Source: Kiritimatiellia bacterium
GTDB taxonomy: Bacteria > Verrucomicrobiota > Kiritimatiellia > CAIVKH01
Length of the DNA stretch: 64,000 bases
Assembly (NCBI GenBank): GCA_035327305.1
Contig: DAOLDL010000003.1
Span: 76 to 64,075, forward strand
Direction of reading: 5' to 3'
Positions 30,084 through 41,800 of the stretch are shown in pieces. Each line of letters opens with the position of its first letter. Positions within the stretch are counted from its first letter, which is position 1. A program made the position numbers and the translations under genes. The notes beneath the pieces are model-generated. The model searched no databases. It was not told the DNA's origin and saw nothing but the letters and a program-made list of their open reading frames with translations.

Positions 30084-31217
30084 TTGAAAATTCTGCTGGC
30101 ATCCAATTATCAACCGCCGCACATGGGGGGAATCGAGTTCGCCGCCGAAGCGTTGCGCGATTGCTGGCGCAAGGACGGACACGAGGTTACCTGGATCACC
30201 ACGGATACGCCGCCAGGCTCCCGGGAAAACACGCCGGATAATATCCGCATTCCCTGCTGGAATTTTCTGGAGAATCGATTTCAGATCAACACACCGCTCA
30301 TCAACCCGATGCAATGCAAAAGGATCCGCCAACTGGTTGAAATGCATGATGTCGTAAACACGCACAGCCTGGCGCCCGGACTTGCCGTAATGGTGATGAA
30401 GGAGGCATTGCGACTTGGAAAACCTTTGGTGGTCACCCAGCATGTCGCGGTCATTCCTTTGAAACTCAAGATACTCGGCGAGTTTCAACGGCGATACATC
30501 GTTTCCATGGCGCGTCGTACGCAACATGGCGGTGCAATCATTACGTTTGTCGGCAAAGCTGTGCACGATTGGTTTGTAACCGAGGCGGGACTGGATCCGG
30601 AAAAACTGGTCATGACTCCCGCCGGCATCAATCAGGACACCTACTCGTTCGTGCCCGATCACGAACGTGTTGCATTGCGTCAAAAGTGGCAATGCCCTGA
30701 AAATAAACTCAACGTTTTGTTTGTGGGAAGATTTTACGACAAAAAGGGTTTGCCTTTAATCCGCGAAATAGCGACCAGTATGCCTGATGTGGCTTTTACA
30801 TTGGTCGGTGGCGGACCGGTTGATCCCTCGGGTTGGAACTTGCCGAATGTCCGGATTATCAATTTTGTCAGCAACGAAGAGTTGCGAGAACTCTACGGCT
30901 CGCACGATCTGTTCATCATGCCGTCTTATGGCGAAGGCTGGCCGGCCGTTGTGCCGCAAGCCATGATCTGCGGAACTAAATGCCTTATCTCCGAGGAATG
31001 CTTTTCCGGCTATCAAAAAGATGCGGAGTGTTTTTATGTGCGACCTCGCAATGCCGCATCGCTGATCGAAACCGTACAACTGTTTAAAAGCCTGTCACCG
31101 GTGCGGGAATCCGATCGGATTAAAACGTCCGAGTATGCCGCCGCCACATGGGACTGGATGTCCACCGCGCGAATTTACCTTGAGCAATTCAACCGGCTTT
31201 GTCAAAAGCAGGTTTGA
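30084..31217 (+). CDS. GT4 (GT-B fold) glycosyltransferase.
   Basis: C-terminal GT4 donor-binding region (FVGRFYDKKGL...PSYGEGWP, an E-x7-E-like region). 377 aa. Confidence 0.7.
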   Translation: MKILLASNYQPPHMGGIEFAAEALRDCWRKDGHEVTWITTDTPPGSRENTPDNIRIPCWNFLENRFQINTPLINPMQCKRIRQLVEMHDVVNTHSLAPGLAVMVMKEALRLGKPLVVTQHVAVIPLKLKILGEFQRRYIVSMARRTQHGGAIITFVGKAVHDWFVTEAGLDPEKLVMTPAGINQDTYSFVPDHERVALRQKWQCPENKLNVLFVGRFYDKKGLPLIREIATSMPDVAFTLVGGGPVDPSGWNLPNVRIINFVSNEELRELYGSHDLFIMPSYGEGWPAVVPQAMICGTKCLISEECFSGYQKDAECFYVRPRNAASLIETVQLFKSLSPVRESDRIKTSEYAAATWDWMSTARIYLEQFNRLCQKQV

Positions 31218-31229
31218 TGCGATGGATTA

Positions 31230-32174
31230 TCAGCGCTCGTTCGACTTTGCATCGATCACTTCATGAAGTATATAAAGCGGACGTCGCTTGCTTTCTTCAT
31301 AGATCCGGCTCACATACTGCCCCACCATGCCGATGCTGATCAGCTGAATTCCCCCGATAAAAACAATGATCGCCACAATCGTCGTCCAGCCCGGCTCGAA
31401 TCCGGCAGGATTGATAAGGCGGCGTATAATGATCATCAATATCCATAATGCGCCGATAAAAGAAACCGCGAATCCCGTACCGGTGACCCACCGCAAAGGC
31501 GCGCCGGAAAAAGAGGTTACGGCGTCCAGAGCAAGCCGAACGGATTTCCAGACCGGATACTTGGTTACGCCGGCATGCCGGGCGGCGCGTTCGTAATACA
31601 CCGCGCATTGCCGGAATCCCACCCAACAGGTCAGCCCCCGCATGAAGCGATGAAGTTCACGAACTTCACGCAAGGTTTCGATCACTTTCCGATCGACGAG
31701 CCGGAAATCACCGGTATCCATCGGGACGTTGACTTTTGACAGGGAGTGGAATACCCGGTAAAACGATGCCGCCAGAAATTTTTTGAGCCACGTCTCCCCT
31801 TCCCGGCTCTTGCGAACGGCATAAACCACTTCATTGCCTTCACGCCAGCGCGCCAGTAATTCCGGTATGACTTCGGGTGGATCCTGCAAATCGGCATCGA
31901 TAATGACAACCGCATCAGCACGGCTGTAATCCATGCCTGCAGTAATCGCAATTTGATGGCCGAAATTCCGGGATAATCGCAAAAGCACGACATGCGGATT
32001 GGACTTGGCGGTTTCGGCAACCCATTGTGTGGAGCCGTCGGAGCTTCCGTCGTCGACAAACAGGATACGCCATTCGATATTTTCCGAGACAAGCGTCTTG
32101 GTCACGCGCTCCAGCATGATCGGCAGATTTTCCCGTTCATTAAGAAATGGAACAACTATATCCAACGTTTTCAT
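31230..32174 (-). CDS. GT2 polyprenol-phosphate glycosyltransferase with two C-terminal TM helices (GtrB/ArnC/DPM1-like). Second copy in the window.
   Basis: LDIVVPFLNE...FVDDGSSDGS...IDADLQDPP motifs and two C-terminal hydrophobic helices. Start at the ATG at 32174 (MKTLDIVVP), adjacent to the gmhB stop. Confidence 0.75.
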   Translation of the reverse strand: MKTLDIVVPFLNERENLPIMLERVTKTLVSENIEWRILFVDDGSSDGSTQWVAETAKSNPHVVLLRLSRNFGHQIAITAGMDYSRADAVVIIDADLQDPPEVIPELLARWREGNEVVYAVRKSREGETWLKKFLAASFYRVFHSLSKVNVPMDTGDFRLVDRKVIETLREVRELHRFMRGLTCWVGFRQCAVYYERAARHAGVTKYPVWKSVRLALDAVTSFSGAPLRWVTGTGFAVSFIGALWILMIIIRRLINPAGFEPGWTTIVAIIVFIGGIQLISIGMVGQYVSRIYEESKRRPLYILHEVIDAKSNER

Positions 32175-32788
32175 TCGTGAACCTGCCTGGTTGATTGACC
32201 TGATATGGTATTCCATGCTTTTTCAAGGTTTTTGACAACTGCATCCGGCATGGCCTGGTGCAGATCGAAAAACTGTTCCACCTGGGAAATTTTCAAGCTG
32301 GTCACCAGGATGGTTCGGCAACCGGCGGCACGCCCGGCCTGGATGTCGACTGTTCCATCTCCAATCATCCAGCTTGATGACAAATCAATACCATGTTTTC
32401 GGGCGGCGGCAATCAGCATTCCGGGTCCCGGTTTGCGGCAATCCGAATCGCGCGTGTATTCAATCCGCCCGTGCCGACCCGGTTTCGGATGATAAGGGGA
32501 AAAAATCAGATCGTCCCAGGCGCCGCCTTCAGTTTCCAGTTGGCGCGCCAGCTCATCGTTCACTTGTGACAGCTCCTCCAACGTTAGCGTGCCTTTGGCA
32601 ATTCCCGGCTGATTTGTGACCACGATCGAAACATACCCGGCCTCGCGAATTTTTTTTAGAAATGTGCCGGCGCCTTTTATCATATATACCTGTTCGGAAC
32701 GGCGGGGCGAATCAAGAAGGCCATGGTTTTCGTCATAAACCATTTCGTTCAGGATTCCATCCCGATCTATAAATATTGCGCGTTTCAA
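32171..32788 (-). CDS. gmhB: D-glycero-D-manno-heptose 1,7-bisphosphate phosphatase (HAD superfamily, GmhB-like).
   Basis: HAD motif I AIFIDRDGILN. Histidinol-phosphatase-like motifs VVTNQ and GDGTVDIQAG. About 205 aa. Confidence 0.75.
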   Translation of the reverse strand: MKRAIFIDRDGILNEMVYDENHGLLDSPRRSEQVYMIKGAGTFLKKIREAGYVSIVVTNQPGIAKGTLTLEELSQVNDELARQLETEGGAWDDLIFSPYHPKPGRHGRIEYTRDSDCRKPGPGMLIAAARKHGIDLSSSWMIGDGTVDIQAGRAAGCRTILVTSLKISQVEQFFDLHQAMPDAVVKNLEKAWNTISGQSTRQVHE

Positions 32789-33498
32789 TGTTGGTCTGCT
32801 CCCGACAACATCTTGTCCAATTCACGCCAGCCCTCCGGCTGGCCGATTTCATAGAACCGTTCATTTACTTCATACGCGGCCAATTGACCAGCTTGAACAA
32901 GGTCAGACAGTATAACCGCCAAATCAAGCGGCGGTGCATGATTCAAGTAGGCTTCAAGCACGTCGCGCCGGAATATGGACAAACCATAATCGATGTAATC
33001 GGCATCGCCCGGCTTCGCTTTCTTGTTGTAATAGACCACGTTATCCCCGTTTATACGGACATTGCTGGAATCCCATTGCCCGTGGTTGCGAAAGACACTC
33101 ATGACAGCGCGGACCGCCCGTGATCGATACCATTCAAGCATGGCCTGATATTTGACTGGCAAATAACTGTCGCCATACATCAACATGAATTCCGGCGCCA
33201 ATTTATCCTTCGCATGAATCAATGCGCCTCCAGTTCCCAGCAAGGCGGATGGATCTTCCGTGACAAAATCCACGTGCATATTCCACGCCGATCCATCGCC
33301 CAGTAGTTCCTGTATCATTTCACCGCGATAGCCAATCAACATGAGAATTTCATTGAGCCCGTTACGTTTGAGAAGTTCGAGCTGATGGAGAACAAACGGC
33401 TTGCCTGCCACCGGTATCAAGGCCTTGGGTAAATCGCCGGCCACGGATTGAATCCGCGTACCCATACCGCCGGCCAGAATCACCACTTGCATGTTCAA
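32785..33498 (-). CDS. Sugar-1-phosphate nucleotidyltransferase (HddC-like). Second copy in the window.
   Basis: VVILAGGMGTRIQSVAGDLPKALIPVAGKP NTP-transferase signature. ATGA-coupled to gmhB. Confidence 0.7.
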   Translation of the reverse strand: MNMQVVILAGGMGTRIQSVAGDLPKALIPVAGKPFVLHQLELLKRNGLNEILMLIGYRGEMIQELLGDGSAWNMHVDFVTEDPSALLGTGGALIHAKDKLAPEFMLMYGDSYLPVKYQAMLEWYRSRAVRAVMSVFRNHGQWDSSNVRINGDNVVYYNKKAKPGDADYIDYGLSIFRRDVLEAYLNHAPPLDLAVILSDLVQAGQLAAYEVNERFYEIGQPEGWRELDKMLSGADQH

Positions 33499-34412
33499 GC
33501 AGAATTCCTCCAGTGATCAAGAATACGTGCGACACTCTGATCACGCGACACACAAGGACGCCACCCCAGCGATTTCAGCCTGGTACAATCACCCACTTTG
33601 AACGGTTCATCAATAGGGCGGATGAGTCCGGGGTCCACTTCTTCACGGATTTCCCGGATGGAATGTCGTTTGAAGTCATCCAGCAATTGCCGAATCGTCA
33701 CCGGTGACCCGGAACACAAGTTGTACGAAGAACCCGGCGCGCCTTTTTCAAGTATGGTTTCCAATCCGCGCACAGCATCCTCAATATCAAGAAAATCACG
33801 GGTGATCTCGAGGTTTCCGACTTTGATCGCATCCATATCGCCCCGCTCGACGGCGACTATGCGTCGGGCGAAATCAGATGAAACATCACCGGTCTTGCCC
33901 GGACCGATTATAAAAAACGGCCTGACCACCAATACATCAAGGCAAAATTGTTTTCCATAAAGCAACGCGGCCTGTTCAGCGGCGATCTTGCTCCATGCAT
34001 AGGGACTTGATCCGGACAGTGGTGAATTTTCCGGCAAGGACACGGCTTGCGTTGGCGCCGCGTAAGCCGAACTGGAAGAAATCATCATGAAGCGGGCTTT
34101 ACGTCCCGCCGCCTGCATGCCGGTTAATATATTTATCGTTCCGTTCACATTGCATTCAAAGGTTTCGGCGGGAGATTTCCATGATACACCGGGCAGACTT
34201 TGCGCACTCATATGAACGACAACATCCGGGCGCACCGCTTCCAACCAGTCTTTCACACACTCGGAGTCGGTTACATCACCTGCAAGAAGGTGACATCCGT
34301 CCGCTCCCACGGCGCGCCTTGACGCGCTCCAGACCTCGACACCGGAAGCAGTCAACTTTCCAGCCAATGCGCTACCCATAAAACCGGAACCTCCGGTTAT
34401 AAGGCATTTCAT
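33495..34412 (-). CDS. NAD-dependent epimerase/dehydratase (extended SDR).
   Basis: MKCLITGGSGFMGS Rossmann motif and a YAWSK (YxxxK) catalytic motif. Start at the internal ATG at 34412. Confidence 0.7.
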   Translation of the reverse strand: MKCLITGGSGFMGSALAGKLTASGVEVWSASRRAVGADGCHLLAGDVTDSECVKDWLEAVRPDVVVHMSAQSLPGVSWKSPAETFECNVNGTINILTGMQAAGRKARFMMISSSSAYAAPTQAVSLPENSPLSGSSPYAWSKIAAEQAALLYGKQFCLDVLVVRPFFIIGPGKTGDVSSDFARRIVAVERGDMDAIKVGNLEITRDFLDIEDAVRGLETILEKGAPGSSYNLCSGSPVTIRQLLDDFKRHSIREIREEVDPGLIRPIDEPFKVGDCTRLKSLGWRPCVSRDQSVARILDHWRNSA

Positions 34413-35425
34413 GCGCCGGCTCCCGGAATGGAAATCACGCGGCCCGTTTTTTCCGACTCGTACGCGGCCAGCCCCAGCTTCATCGCGGCCAAACCATCCA
34501 GTCCATTTCCAATGGGTTCGCGACGTTCCTTGATAGCCGAGGTAAATTCCCTCCACTCATCATGCCATGAACGATCGCCACCGCGGTAGTGAATCACATG
34601 GTCCTGGAAAGGCGCGGTAAAGTCACGCCGCCCAACACTCAACGTTTCCGTGCCGTATCCCCCGCCCAAACCCTCGATTTGCACATATCCGTCTTCGCCG
34701 AATACTTCGAAGGAAAAAAGGTTCTTCCACTGCACCAGGGTCGTATGCAGCATTGCGGTCGCCCCATTTGCGCCGCGGAACAGAGCCATCCCACCATCGT
34801 CCAGTTCCTGTTCCTTGAAATAATGAATCGAGGTCATGGCGGAAACTTCGACCAGCTCGCCAAGGAACCATCGGAAAAGATCGATGCCATGCGTACCCTG
34901 CTCGATAAATTGACCACCCGAGGCCATCGATGGGTCAGCCCGCCATTCCTTTTCGTATCCCGGTCTACCGCAGATCCCATAGCGACACCGGGCAAACAAT
35001 GGGCGGCCCAACTCACCCCGGTCCAATCGTGTTTTGGCTTCCCAAATCGCCGGATGATGCCGGTGATTGAATCCGCATTTGAGAATTTTCCCGGATTTAC
35101 GCGCGGCGGAAATCATGGCCTCGGATTCTTCAATGGTGCGGGTCAGGGGTTTTTCACACAACACATGCTTGCCCGCTTCAAGCGCGGCGATGGTGATTTC
35201 CGCATGAACGTGAGGTGGTGTACATACAATCAAGGCATCGATGTTTTTGTCGTCAACCACTTCCCGCCAGTTTTCCACCGCCCGGCAATTAAATTGAGAA
35301 GCGATGCGTTCCGCATGATCCTTGTGCAAACTGGCAATCGCGACAAGTGTGTCTTCTTTTGAATCGACCAACACCGGCGCGCGCCGGCGACACTGTAATC
35401 CTGCACCGATGATTCCAACTTTCAT
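34409..35425 (-). CDS. Gfo/Idh/MocA-family NAD(P)-dependent oxidoreductase (sugar/sugar-nucleotide dehydrogenase, WbpB-like).
   Basis: MKVGIIGAG Rossmann motif, EKPL motif, C-terminal alpha/beta domain. Start at the internal ATG at 35425. Confidence 0.65.
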   Translation of the reverse strand: MKVGIIGAGLQCRRRAPVLVDSKEDTLVAIASLHKDHAERIASQFNCRAVENWREVVDDKNIDALIVCTPPHVHAEITIAALEAGKHVLCEKPLTRTIEESEAMISAARKSGKILKCGFNHRHHPAIWEAKTRLDRGELGRPLFARCRYGICGRPGYEKEWRADPSMASGGQFIEQGTHGIDLFRWFLGELVEVSAMTSIHYFKEQELDDGGMALFRGANGATAMLHTTLVQWKNLFSFEVFGEDGYVQIEGLGGGYGTETLSVGRRDFTAPFQDHVIHYRGGDRSWHDEWREFTSAIKERREPIGNGLDGLAAMKLGLAAYESEKTGRVISIPGAGA

Positions 35426-36729
35426 GACTTGACCTTTCTGCCGCGTCCGATCGTCAATACGGTCAAACCGGCCTCCTCCCATTTATCCGCAGGCCACAGG
35501 TTTGCGGTGTCAAATACCAGGGCGCCCTGCATCAGGGATTTGACTTTAACGGGATCAATTGATTTGTAATCAGCCCACGGCGTCATCAGCACCAGCACAT
35601 CCGCATCTCGAAGCGCTTCATCAACGCCGTCACAAAATTCGAACGATCCAAGTTGCAACGCTTCCGTTCGATCGGCTTTGGGATCGTGCGCCCGGACAAC
35701 AGCGCCTTCTTCATTCAGCGCGCCAATCACATCCAGCGCGGCTGACCGTCGCAAGGTGCTGGTGTCGGGTTTGTAGGTCAACCCCAACACGGCAACCCGG
35801 CATCCCTTCAACTTTCCATGCAGGCGTTTAAGTGTAAGCACGACGGCTTTGTTCTGTTCCTGATTGGATACCCACGCCCCATCAAGCAACATTGTTTCAA
35901 CACCGAATTTATCGCCGATCCCCCGCAATGTCTGCATATCGCGGGCCAGTGTCCCCCCCGCGAAACCCAAACCGGGAAACAGCATCGCCTTGGCTCCGAT
36001 ACGCGGTTCCAGACGAAGCGCTTCCGCCAACTTATAACCATCCGCGCCCATGACATCACATAAATTGCCGATTTCATTGGCAAAACAAATCGATGTGGCC
36101 AGAAATGCATTCAGGGCGTGCTTCGACATTTCCGCCGTCCGCACATCCACTTTTTTCCAATCACTGGAAAACGAGGCGAGCAATTTTTCCAGGGATTGGA
36201 AAACGGATGCAGAATCAGCGCCGATAACGGGAAGCGGCGGACGGCGAAACCGCTCAATGGCCTGACCGAGGCGGAGGTTCTCCGGACTGTAAGCCATACC
36301 CCCTCGCCAGGCTGGATTTGCATCGCGAATCGCTGTCGCCAGTTCATCGCATGTGCCGACAGGAACTTGCGCGGTCACATAAACCGGCACATCGCTTTTC
36401 AATGCGCCGGCCATGGCGCGGATATCGTCAAAAATTCCGGATAGATCGCTCTGATCGTTTTCATCGACCGGCGTGTCGTGCATAACCATGACAACATCCG
36501 CGGTGGTTACCGCGTGTGATACATCATTTGTAAAGACAAGTTTTCCGGAGGCGAGGCCACTCTCCAGCAATGGATCCAATCCCGGTTCAAATAGTGGAGC
36601 TTTCCCGCCGCGCAATGATTCAATCCGCGAGGCATCGGAGTCATAACCAACCACATCGTGGCCCATGTCCGCCAGACACGCCGCGCCCACTACGCCCTGA
36701 TGCCAGCAACCCACAACGGCAATCCTCAT
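35422..36729 (-). CDS. Nucleotide-sugar 6-dehydrogenase (UDP-glucose/GDP-mannose dehydrogenase family).
   Basis: N-terminal MRIAVVG NAD-binding region, central dimerisation domain, C-terminal UDP-binding domain (GLTYKPDTSTLRRS). 435 aa. Confidence 0.7.
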   Translation of the reverse strand: MRIAVVGCWHQGVVGAACLADMGHDVVGYDSDASRIESLRGGKAPLFEPGLDPLLESGLASGKLVFTNDVSHAVTTADVVMVMHDTPVDENDQSDLSGIFDDIRAMAGALKSDVPVYVTAQVPVGTCDELATAIRDANPAWRGGMAYSPENLRLGQAIERFRRPPLPVIGADSASVFQSLEKLLASFSSDWKKVDVRTAEMSKHALNAFLATSICFANEIGNLCDVMGADGYKLAEALRLEPRIGAKAMLFPGLGFAGGTLARDMQTLRGIGDKFGVETMLLDGAWVSNQEQNKAVVLTLKRLHGKLKGCRVAVLGLTYKPDTSTLRRSAALDVIGALNEEGAVVRAHDPKADRTEALQLGSFEFCDGVDEALRDADVLVLMTPWADYKSIDPVKVKSLMQGALVFDTANLWPADKWEEAGLTVLTIGRGRKVKS

Positions 36730-37712
36730 GAAAGCGACTCCTTCCCAAGCATGCGGCGGACGGCGTGGCGGATGGACTCGTTTGATGAATATCTGGTTAC
36801 CCAGCCCCGGGCGGTCATTTTATCGACTTTGAAATTAACCTTGGGCTGGTCGCCCGGCCAGGCGCGTTTGGCCCCCTGAATTTTGATGACCGGATTGATT
36901 CCCATTTCCTCCACAACGATGCTTGCGATGTCGAGAACCTTGGTTATGGTGGTTGTGCCGAGATTGAAAATATCGGCTGGTTTTTCCTCGGTCATGGGGA
37001 TATTCAGAAACGACCAGGCCATTCCGTTGATGCATTCCTCGACCAAAAAGTAATTTTTTTGCTGGGTGCCATCGCCGAGAATCAACAATTCCTCGGGATT
37101 CGCCCGCAAGCGATTGATGAAATCGTAAATTACGCCATGGGTCATGCGGCCGCCCACGACATTTCCGAACCTGAACATCCATCCGCGAACGCCATAGAGC
37201 TGACTGAAAGATGAAATAAATGCTTCGCTGGCGATTTTGCCGGCGGCATAGGTGGATATCGGCAACAACGGCCCCGCGTCCTCGGTTACCGGATTATCCA
37301 CGCATAACTCACCGTACACCGCGCCGGTGGATGCAAACAGGATTGGTTGAATGCCATTTTCCCGCATGGCGTCCAGAACGTTAAACGTCACGATGGCACA
37401 GTCATTCAAATCGCGGCGCGGTTTGGCATGGCTACCGATAATATCCGTGTTGGCGGCAAGATGCCATACAAGGTCATGGCCTTTCATTGACTCGCGCACC
37501 AGCGAGTCGTTCATCAAGTCGGCTTCGATAAATTTAAAAGCGTGGTTTCCAAAATGAGGCTCGACAAATTCGCGGCGGCCATTGGACAGATTGTCCACCA
37601 CCGTCACGTGGTACCCATCCGCAAGCAGACGATCCACGATGTGACTGCCAATAAATCCCGCGCCGCCGGTGAGGTAAACCCTTTGTATGGAATCGCCAAG
37701 TAATCTGTTCAT
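36726..37712 (-). CDS. NAD-dependent epimerase/dehydratase (extended SDR).
   Basis: VYLTGGAGFIGSH Rossmann motif and a YAAGK (YxxxK) catalytic motif. Confidence 0.7.
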   Translation of the reverse strand: MNRLLGDSIQRVYLTGGAGFIGSHIVDRLLADGYHVTVVDNLSNGRREFVEPHFGNHAFKFIEADLMNDSLVRESMKGHDLVWHLAANTDIIGSHAKPRRDLNDCAIVTFNVLDAMRENGIQPILFASTGAVYGELCVDNPVTEDAGPLLPISTYAAGKIASEAFISSFSQLYGVRGWMFRFGNVVGGRMTHGVIYDFINRLRANPEELLILGDGTQQKNYFLVEECINGMAWSFLNIPMTEEKPADIFNLGTTTITKVLDIASIVVEEMGINPVIKIQGAKRAWPGDQPKVNFKVDKMTARGWVTRYSSNESIRHAVRRMLGKESLS

Positions 37713-37713
37713 G

Positions 37714-38700
37714 TTATGATCCGTAATCAGGCTTGATTCTTCCGGCGGCCACGTCTTTCACCATCGACGTGATGGAGGCGCGAACCGCTTCGCGTGAATT
37801 CATTTTGTTCTTCCAACCCAGAGCGCGAATTTTCCGGGTGTCCAGGCGATACAGGGGCACATCGGCTTTCCAGCCGCGAGAGCCACCGGTATGGGCATAC
37901 TCCACATTTTTCAGTCCCATGCACCCGGCTACCAAGTCGGCAATTTCATTAACGGTAAGAAAGTCCTTTGAAGCGACGTTGAAGTAACGATAGCCCGGTT
38001 CGGGATTTTTTTCCAGCATCAGGAATGCCCCGACCACATCGTCGACGTGTATATAAGGTTTGCTTTGCGTGCCGTCGCCGAAAATTTTGAGTCGTGCGGG
38101 ATTGGCGGCGAGTCGACGGATAAAGTCGTAGGCAACGCCATGGGTTTGCCGGGGACCCACGACATTGGCAAAACGGAACACCACACCCTGTATGTCGAAC
38201 ATGAAACTGTAGGCGCTTACCAGCGCCTCACAAGCCAGCTTGCATGCTCCATACGTGGAAACGGGAATCATCTTGTCATAATCCTCCGGGATCGGATAAG
38301 GCGGCACTTCGCCATACACTCCGCTTCCCGATGTGAAAAATATCCGTTTCACATTTTCAAGCCGCATCGCTTCGAGCACATTGCGGGTAAGCATGGTGCC
38401 GTTGCTGAAATCTATGTCCGGATCGACGGCGGCCCTGGCAATGTCGGAATTTGAGGCGAGATGGAAAACGGTGTGGTGGTTACGTATGGCTTGCCGCAGT
38501 GCCTCGCAATCGCGCACATCACCCTCCACAATCGTCAGGCGCGGGTCATTCTGAACTGCTTCAAGATGCCAGCCCTGACCGGTGGAAAAATTGTCGTAAA
38601 CGGTCACATGCCCGGAGGTTTCCCCCAAAAGACGAGTGGTCAGATGCGCGCCGATGAAGCCGGCGCCGCCGGTAACAAAATATCTGTGAGTTTCAGTCAT
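37714..38700 (-). CDS. NAD-dependent epimerase/dehydratase (extended SDR).
   Basis: YFVTGGAGFIGAH Rossmann motif and a YGACK (YxxxK) catalytic motif. Start chosen at the ATG at 38700. Confidence 0.7.
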   Translation of the reverse strand: MTETHRYFVTGGAGFIGAHLTTRLLGETSGHVTVYDNFSTGQGWHLEAVQNDPRLTIVEGDVRDCEALRQAIRNHHTVFHLASNSDIARAAVDPDIDFSNGTMLTRNVLEAMRLENVKRIFFTSGSGVYGEVPPYPIPEDYDKMIPVSTYGACKLACEALVSAYSFMFDIQGVVFRFANVVGPRQTHGVAYDFIRRLAANPARLKIFGDGTQSKPYIHVDDVVGAFLMLEKNPEPGYRYFNVASKDFLTVNEIADLVAGCMGLKNVEYAHTGGSRGWKADVPLYRLDTRKIRALGWKNKMNSREAVRASITSMVKDVAAGRIKPDYGS

Positions 38701-38801
38701 TGTATGTCCATGATTATTAAACAAGTACCGCATTTTTTCCAACTGCGGCGGAAAAGGCAACATGTAAACACGTTGTGGCTATTTTTGACGGTCCGGCATG
38801 A

Positions 38802-41800
38802 TTAAAAACGCGCTTTTAAACCAATTTCCCATGTTTTCTCCTCGTACGTCGGCATTTCCATGCGCGTAAAGCCGCCGAAACACTGAACTTCGCCTCCAAA
38901 ATCATACGCAAGCCGGATCGTGATATTCCAAACATCCTCCCACTCCGTTGCGGTTTCCCGGGCTATTCCCCATTCGGTGTTCAATTCGTAGGAAATCAAT
39001 CCGCAGTTTCCCGTGAAGGCGCCCAGCAATGCATGATATTCCAGTTTTTCTGGAGAATAGTATTCGGGAACCGTATCATCGTTACGCTCCTGACGCACTT
39101 TGTAACCAGCGCCAACGTACGGACTATCCATTAAACGATACACGATTTGACCCGCGAGCTTCACGGCGTCATTGTCATCCGTACGTAGCAGATAGTTTCC
39201 GCGGGCATGTGCATCAAATTGATTCAGCATGATTGAATTGACTGACCATGAAAAAGCGTCGTACCGGATATTTTCGCGGATCGCTTCGACTGTCGGTACA
39301 ATGTCGCGTTGGTAGCCCAGTTCCCAGCTTCCATTGAGCACCCGGTTTTCTGAATGTAAAAACAATGACCCGACAGCCTGGTTTTTCGGTTCGTTATCGC
39401 TCCACTGTATCCACTGCAATTCACTGCGTAACCGGCGTTCGTTTGTGAAAAACCAAAGCCCCTCCATGCCCAAACGAAAACCATCCACATCACCGAGCGA
39501 TGTGCGGCGATGGTTACTATGTTCCGCCCGCGCACCCAGTCGAATATCTTCCTGTATGTGCCAATGTCCGGCAACGCCAAACCGATTCGCCGATCGATCA
39601 TCGGTATCATGGATGTTATCGAAGTTGACGACCAGTTGCGGCCTCAACTCCTTTTCAGCCTTTTCCAACAGACGAAAAACCTGATCCTGATCAAGCGATC
39701 CGGCCTGCGCCGCTGTACGGAGCTTCGATAAAGCGGCGGGCAGATCCCCTCGTTCGAGCGAGTTTGACCCCCAATCATACATGAACAAAGAAGGATCAAC
39801 GCCAGAATCAGACACTTCCTGATATAATGCATGTGCACGGGCATGCTGACCTTGCTGATTCAACCGGCGCGCCATTTCCACCTTGGCCTGAATAACCGGA
39901 TTGTTGGATCTCAAATACTCATTGATGTCATCTGCGCCATCCAACATCACCAATTCCATGGTTCGAGGCGGCGGAATGGCGCGGAATGGAATTCGCATAC
40001 GGTCATATCCCGGAGTTACAAATCCATGTTCATCCAAAGCCAGGACATAATCAAAATACTTGCGCGTCACATTTCGCAATATATCCACCTCCTCCTTGCC
40101 AGGATCGTGCGACATATGTCCACAATCTCCATGAGGATAAACAAACATGCGTGGAATACCTTCCGGTATCGAACGGGCGGCATCGCCGAGCCATTGGTTT
40201 AACCGCGCTTCCATTTCCGCAACGGTTTCGACGGATTCATCGGATTTGATGATTCGATGGATAAGCGGATTACCCAAAAAGGCCGATGCCACGCCCCTGG
40301 TATTTGAAATGTGCTCCGGCCCGGTGGTGGCGACCAACCATCGACCGCTCTGTTGCAGATCGACAAATGATGTACGCGAAGTTTCACGAGGAAGCATGTG
40401 GCGAAAAACTGATACATCCACAGCAAGAACAACTTTTACCTGATGCTTTGCCATAAATGCATCCAATTCAGGCAACACATCGGGAGAGGGATGCACCAGC
40501 ACCATGATGACTTGTTGCCCTGGATTGGCCACAGCGTGCTCCAACTCAAAAGGAAATATAAATGTGTAACCTGCCGCCAGCAACTGACGCATGTGGTTTT
40601 TCAATTGCCCGACATGATTCTGCCCGTCCATTTGACACACCGACAAGGATTTGTATGCCAATACGGGAACTGCGGATTCCGGTGCGAGTTGCGCCAAGGG
40701 TTTCAAGCGCCGGATCGAGGCTGGAATGTTTCGACCATGTGCCTTATTCCGAATAACAGCGCCCCCTTCAGTATTGTTGATGATATCGTCGGCTCGCGCA
40801 ACCAATCGATTCATCCCGGCATGGGCGGGATTATGTTTCAGATATTCTGATGCGTATGCAAAAGCGGCCGGCCAATCAAACAGACCTTCGGCAATTTCCG
40901 CACTGACTCTGTATAAATCCGGAGTTGGCGAAGATTCAATTCCGGCCTCGGCCAACGATGCCGCGACTTCATAATCCCCTTTAGCTCTTGCCAACTCAAT
41001 CGCCCTCGAGAATAATTGATGGGCAGGGAACTTCCGCAAGCCCAGCTCTATCAAATAAATCGCTTCATCGTGACGGCATGCTCGCACCAATGCATCGGCG
41101 GCAGTCTGCAGGAAATACACGCCATCATGGACGTTGCGTACCGACTCCGTCCAAAGCGCAAATATTTCAGGCTCACGCCCCAGACTGACCAGCATGTCGG
41201 AAAATTTATCCGCGCCGAAAGTCCCGCGTGACCGCAGTCTTGCACCCCACCAATTTACCTGGGACACCGCTTCCGCATAACGTTCATCCGCCATCAACAT
41301 GTCAAATAACTCCAGCCGCAAATCCGGCTGACCGGAATCGCGATCGAGACTTTCCATGACAAACATAACCGCATCGGAAATTTTGCCCACTCGACGGGAC
41401 TGCATTGCCTTTATTCTATAATGGACAGCCGGGGGAACAGGCGCCAACAAGGCGTTCATGAAGAAATCGTCAACATTTCTCGGGGATTCAAAACGGGGCG
41501 CCAGCCTGGCCGCCTGAAGCCATGCGGAACTGGCAGGATCCCTTGCAATAATCCTCCGGTACAACGTATAAGCAGTCTCCGGCTCGCTGTTCATGGCAAA
41601 TTCGTCGGCAAATCCCAGCAATAACGTGGTTATGAGTGGGTCATAGTAGGGTTGATCACCGACATAGCCGCGCATGATTTCACCGAGTGCCTGATTATCG
41701 CGACATATCGCGGCAATTTCATAAAGTAGATCCACTTCAACATGGTCAAATGTCGGCAGGTCGCCCGGTGTAAGGGCAGGAAGTTCATGCGACCAGGCAT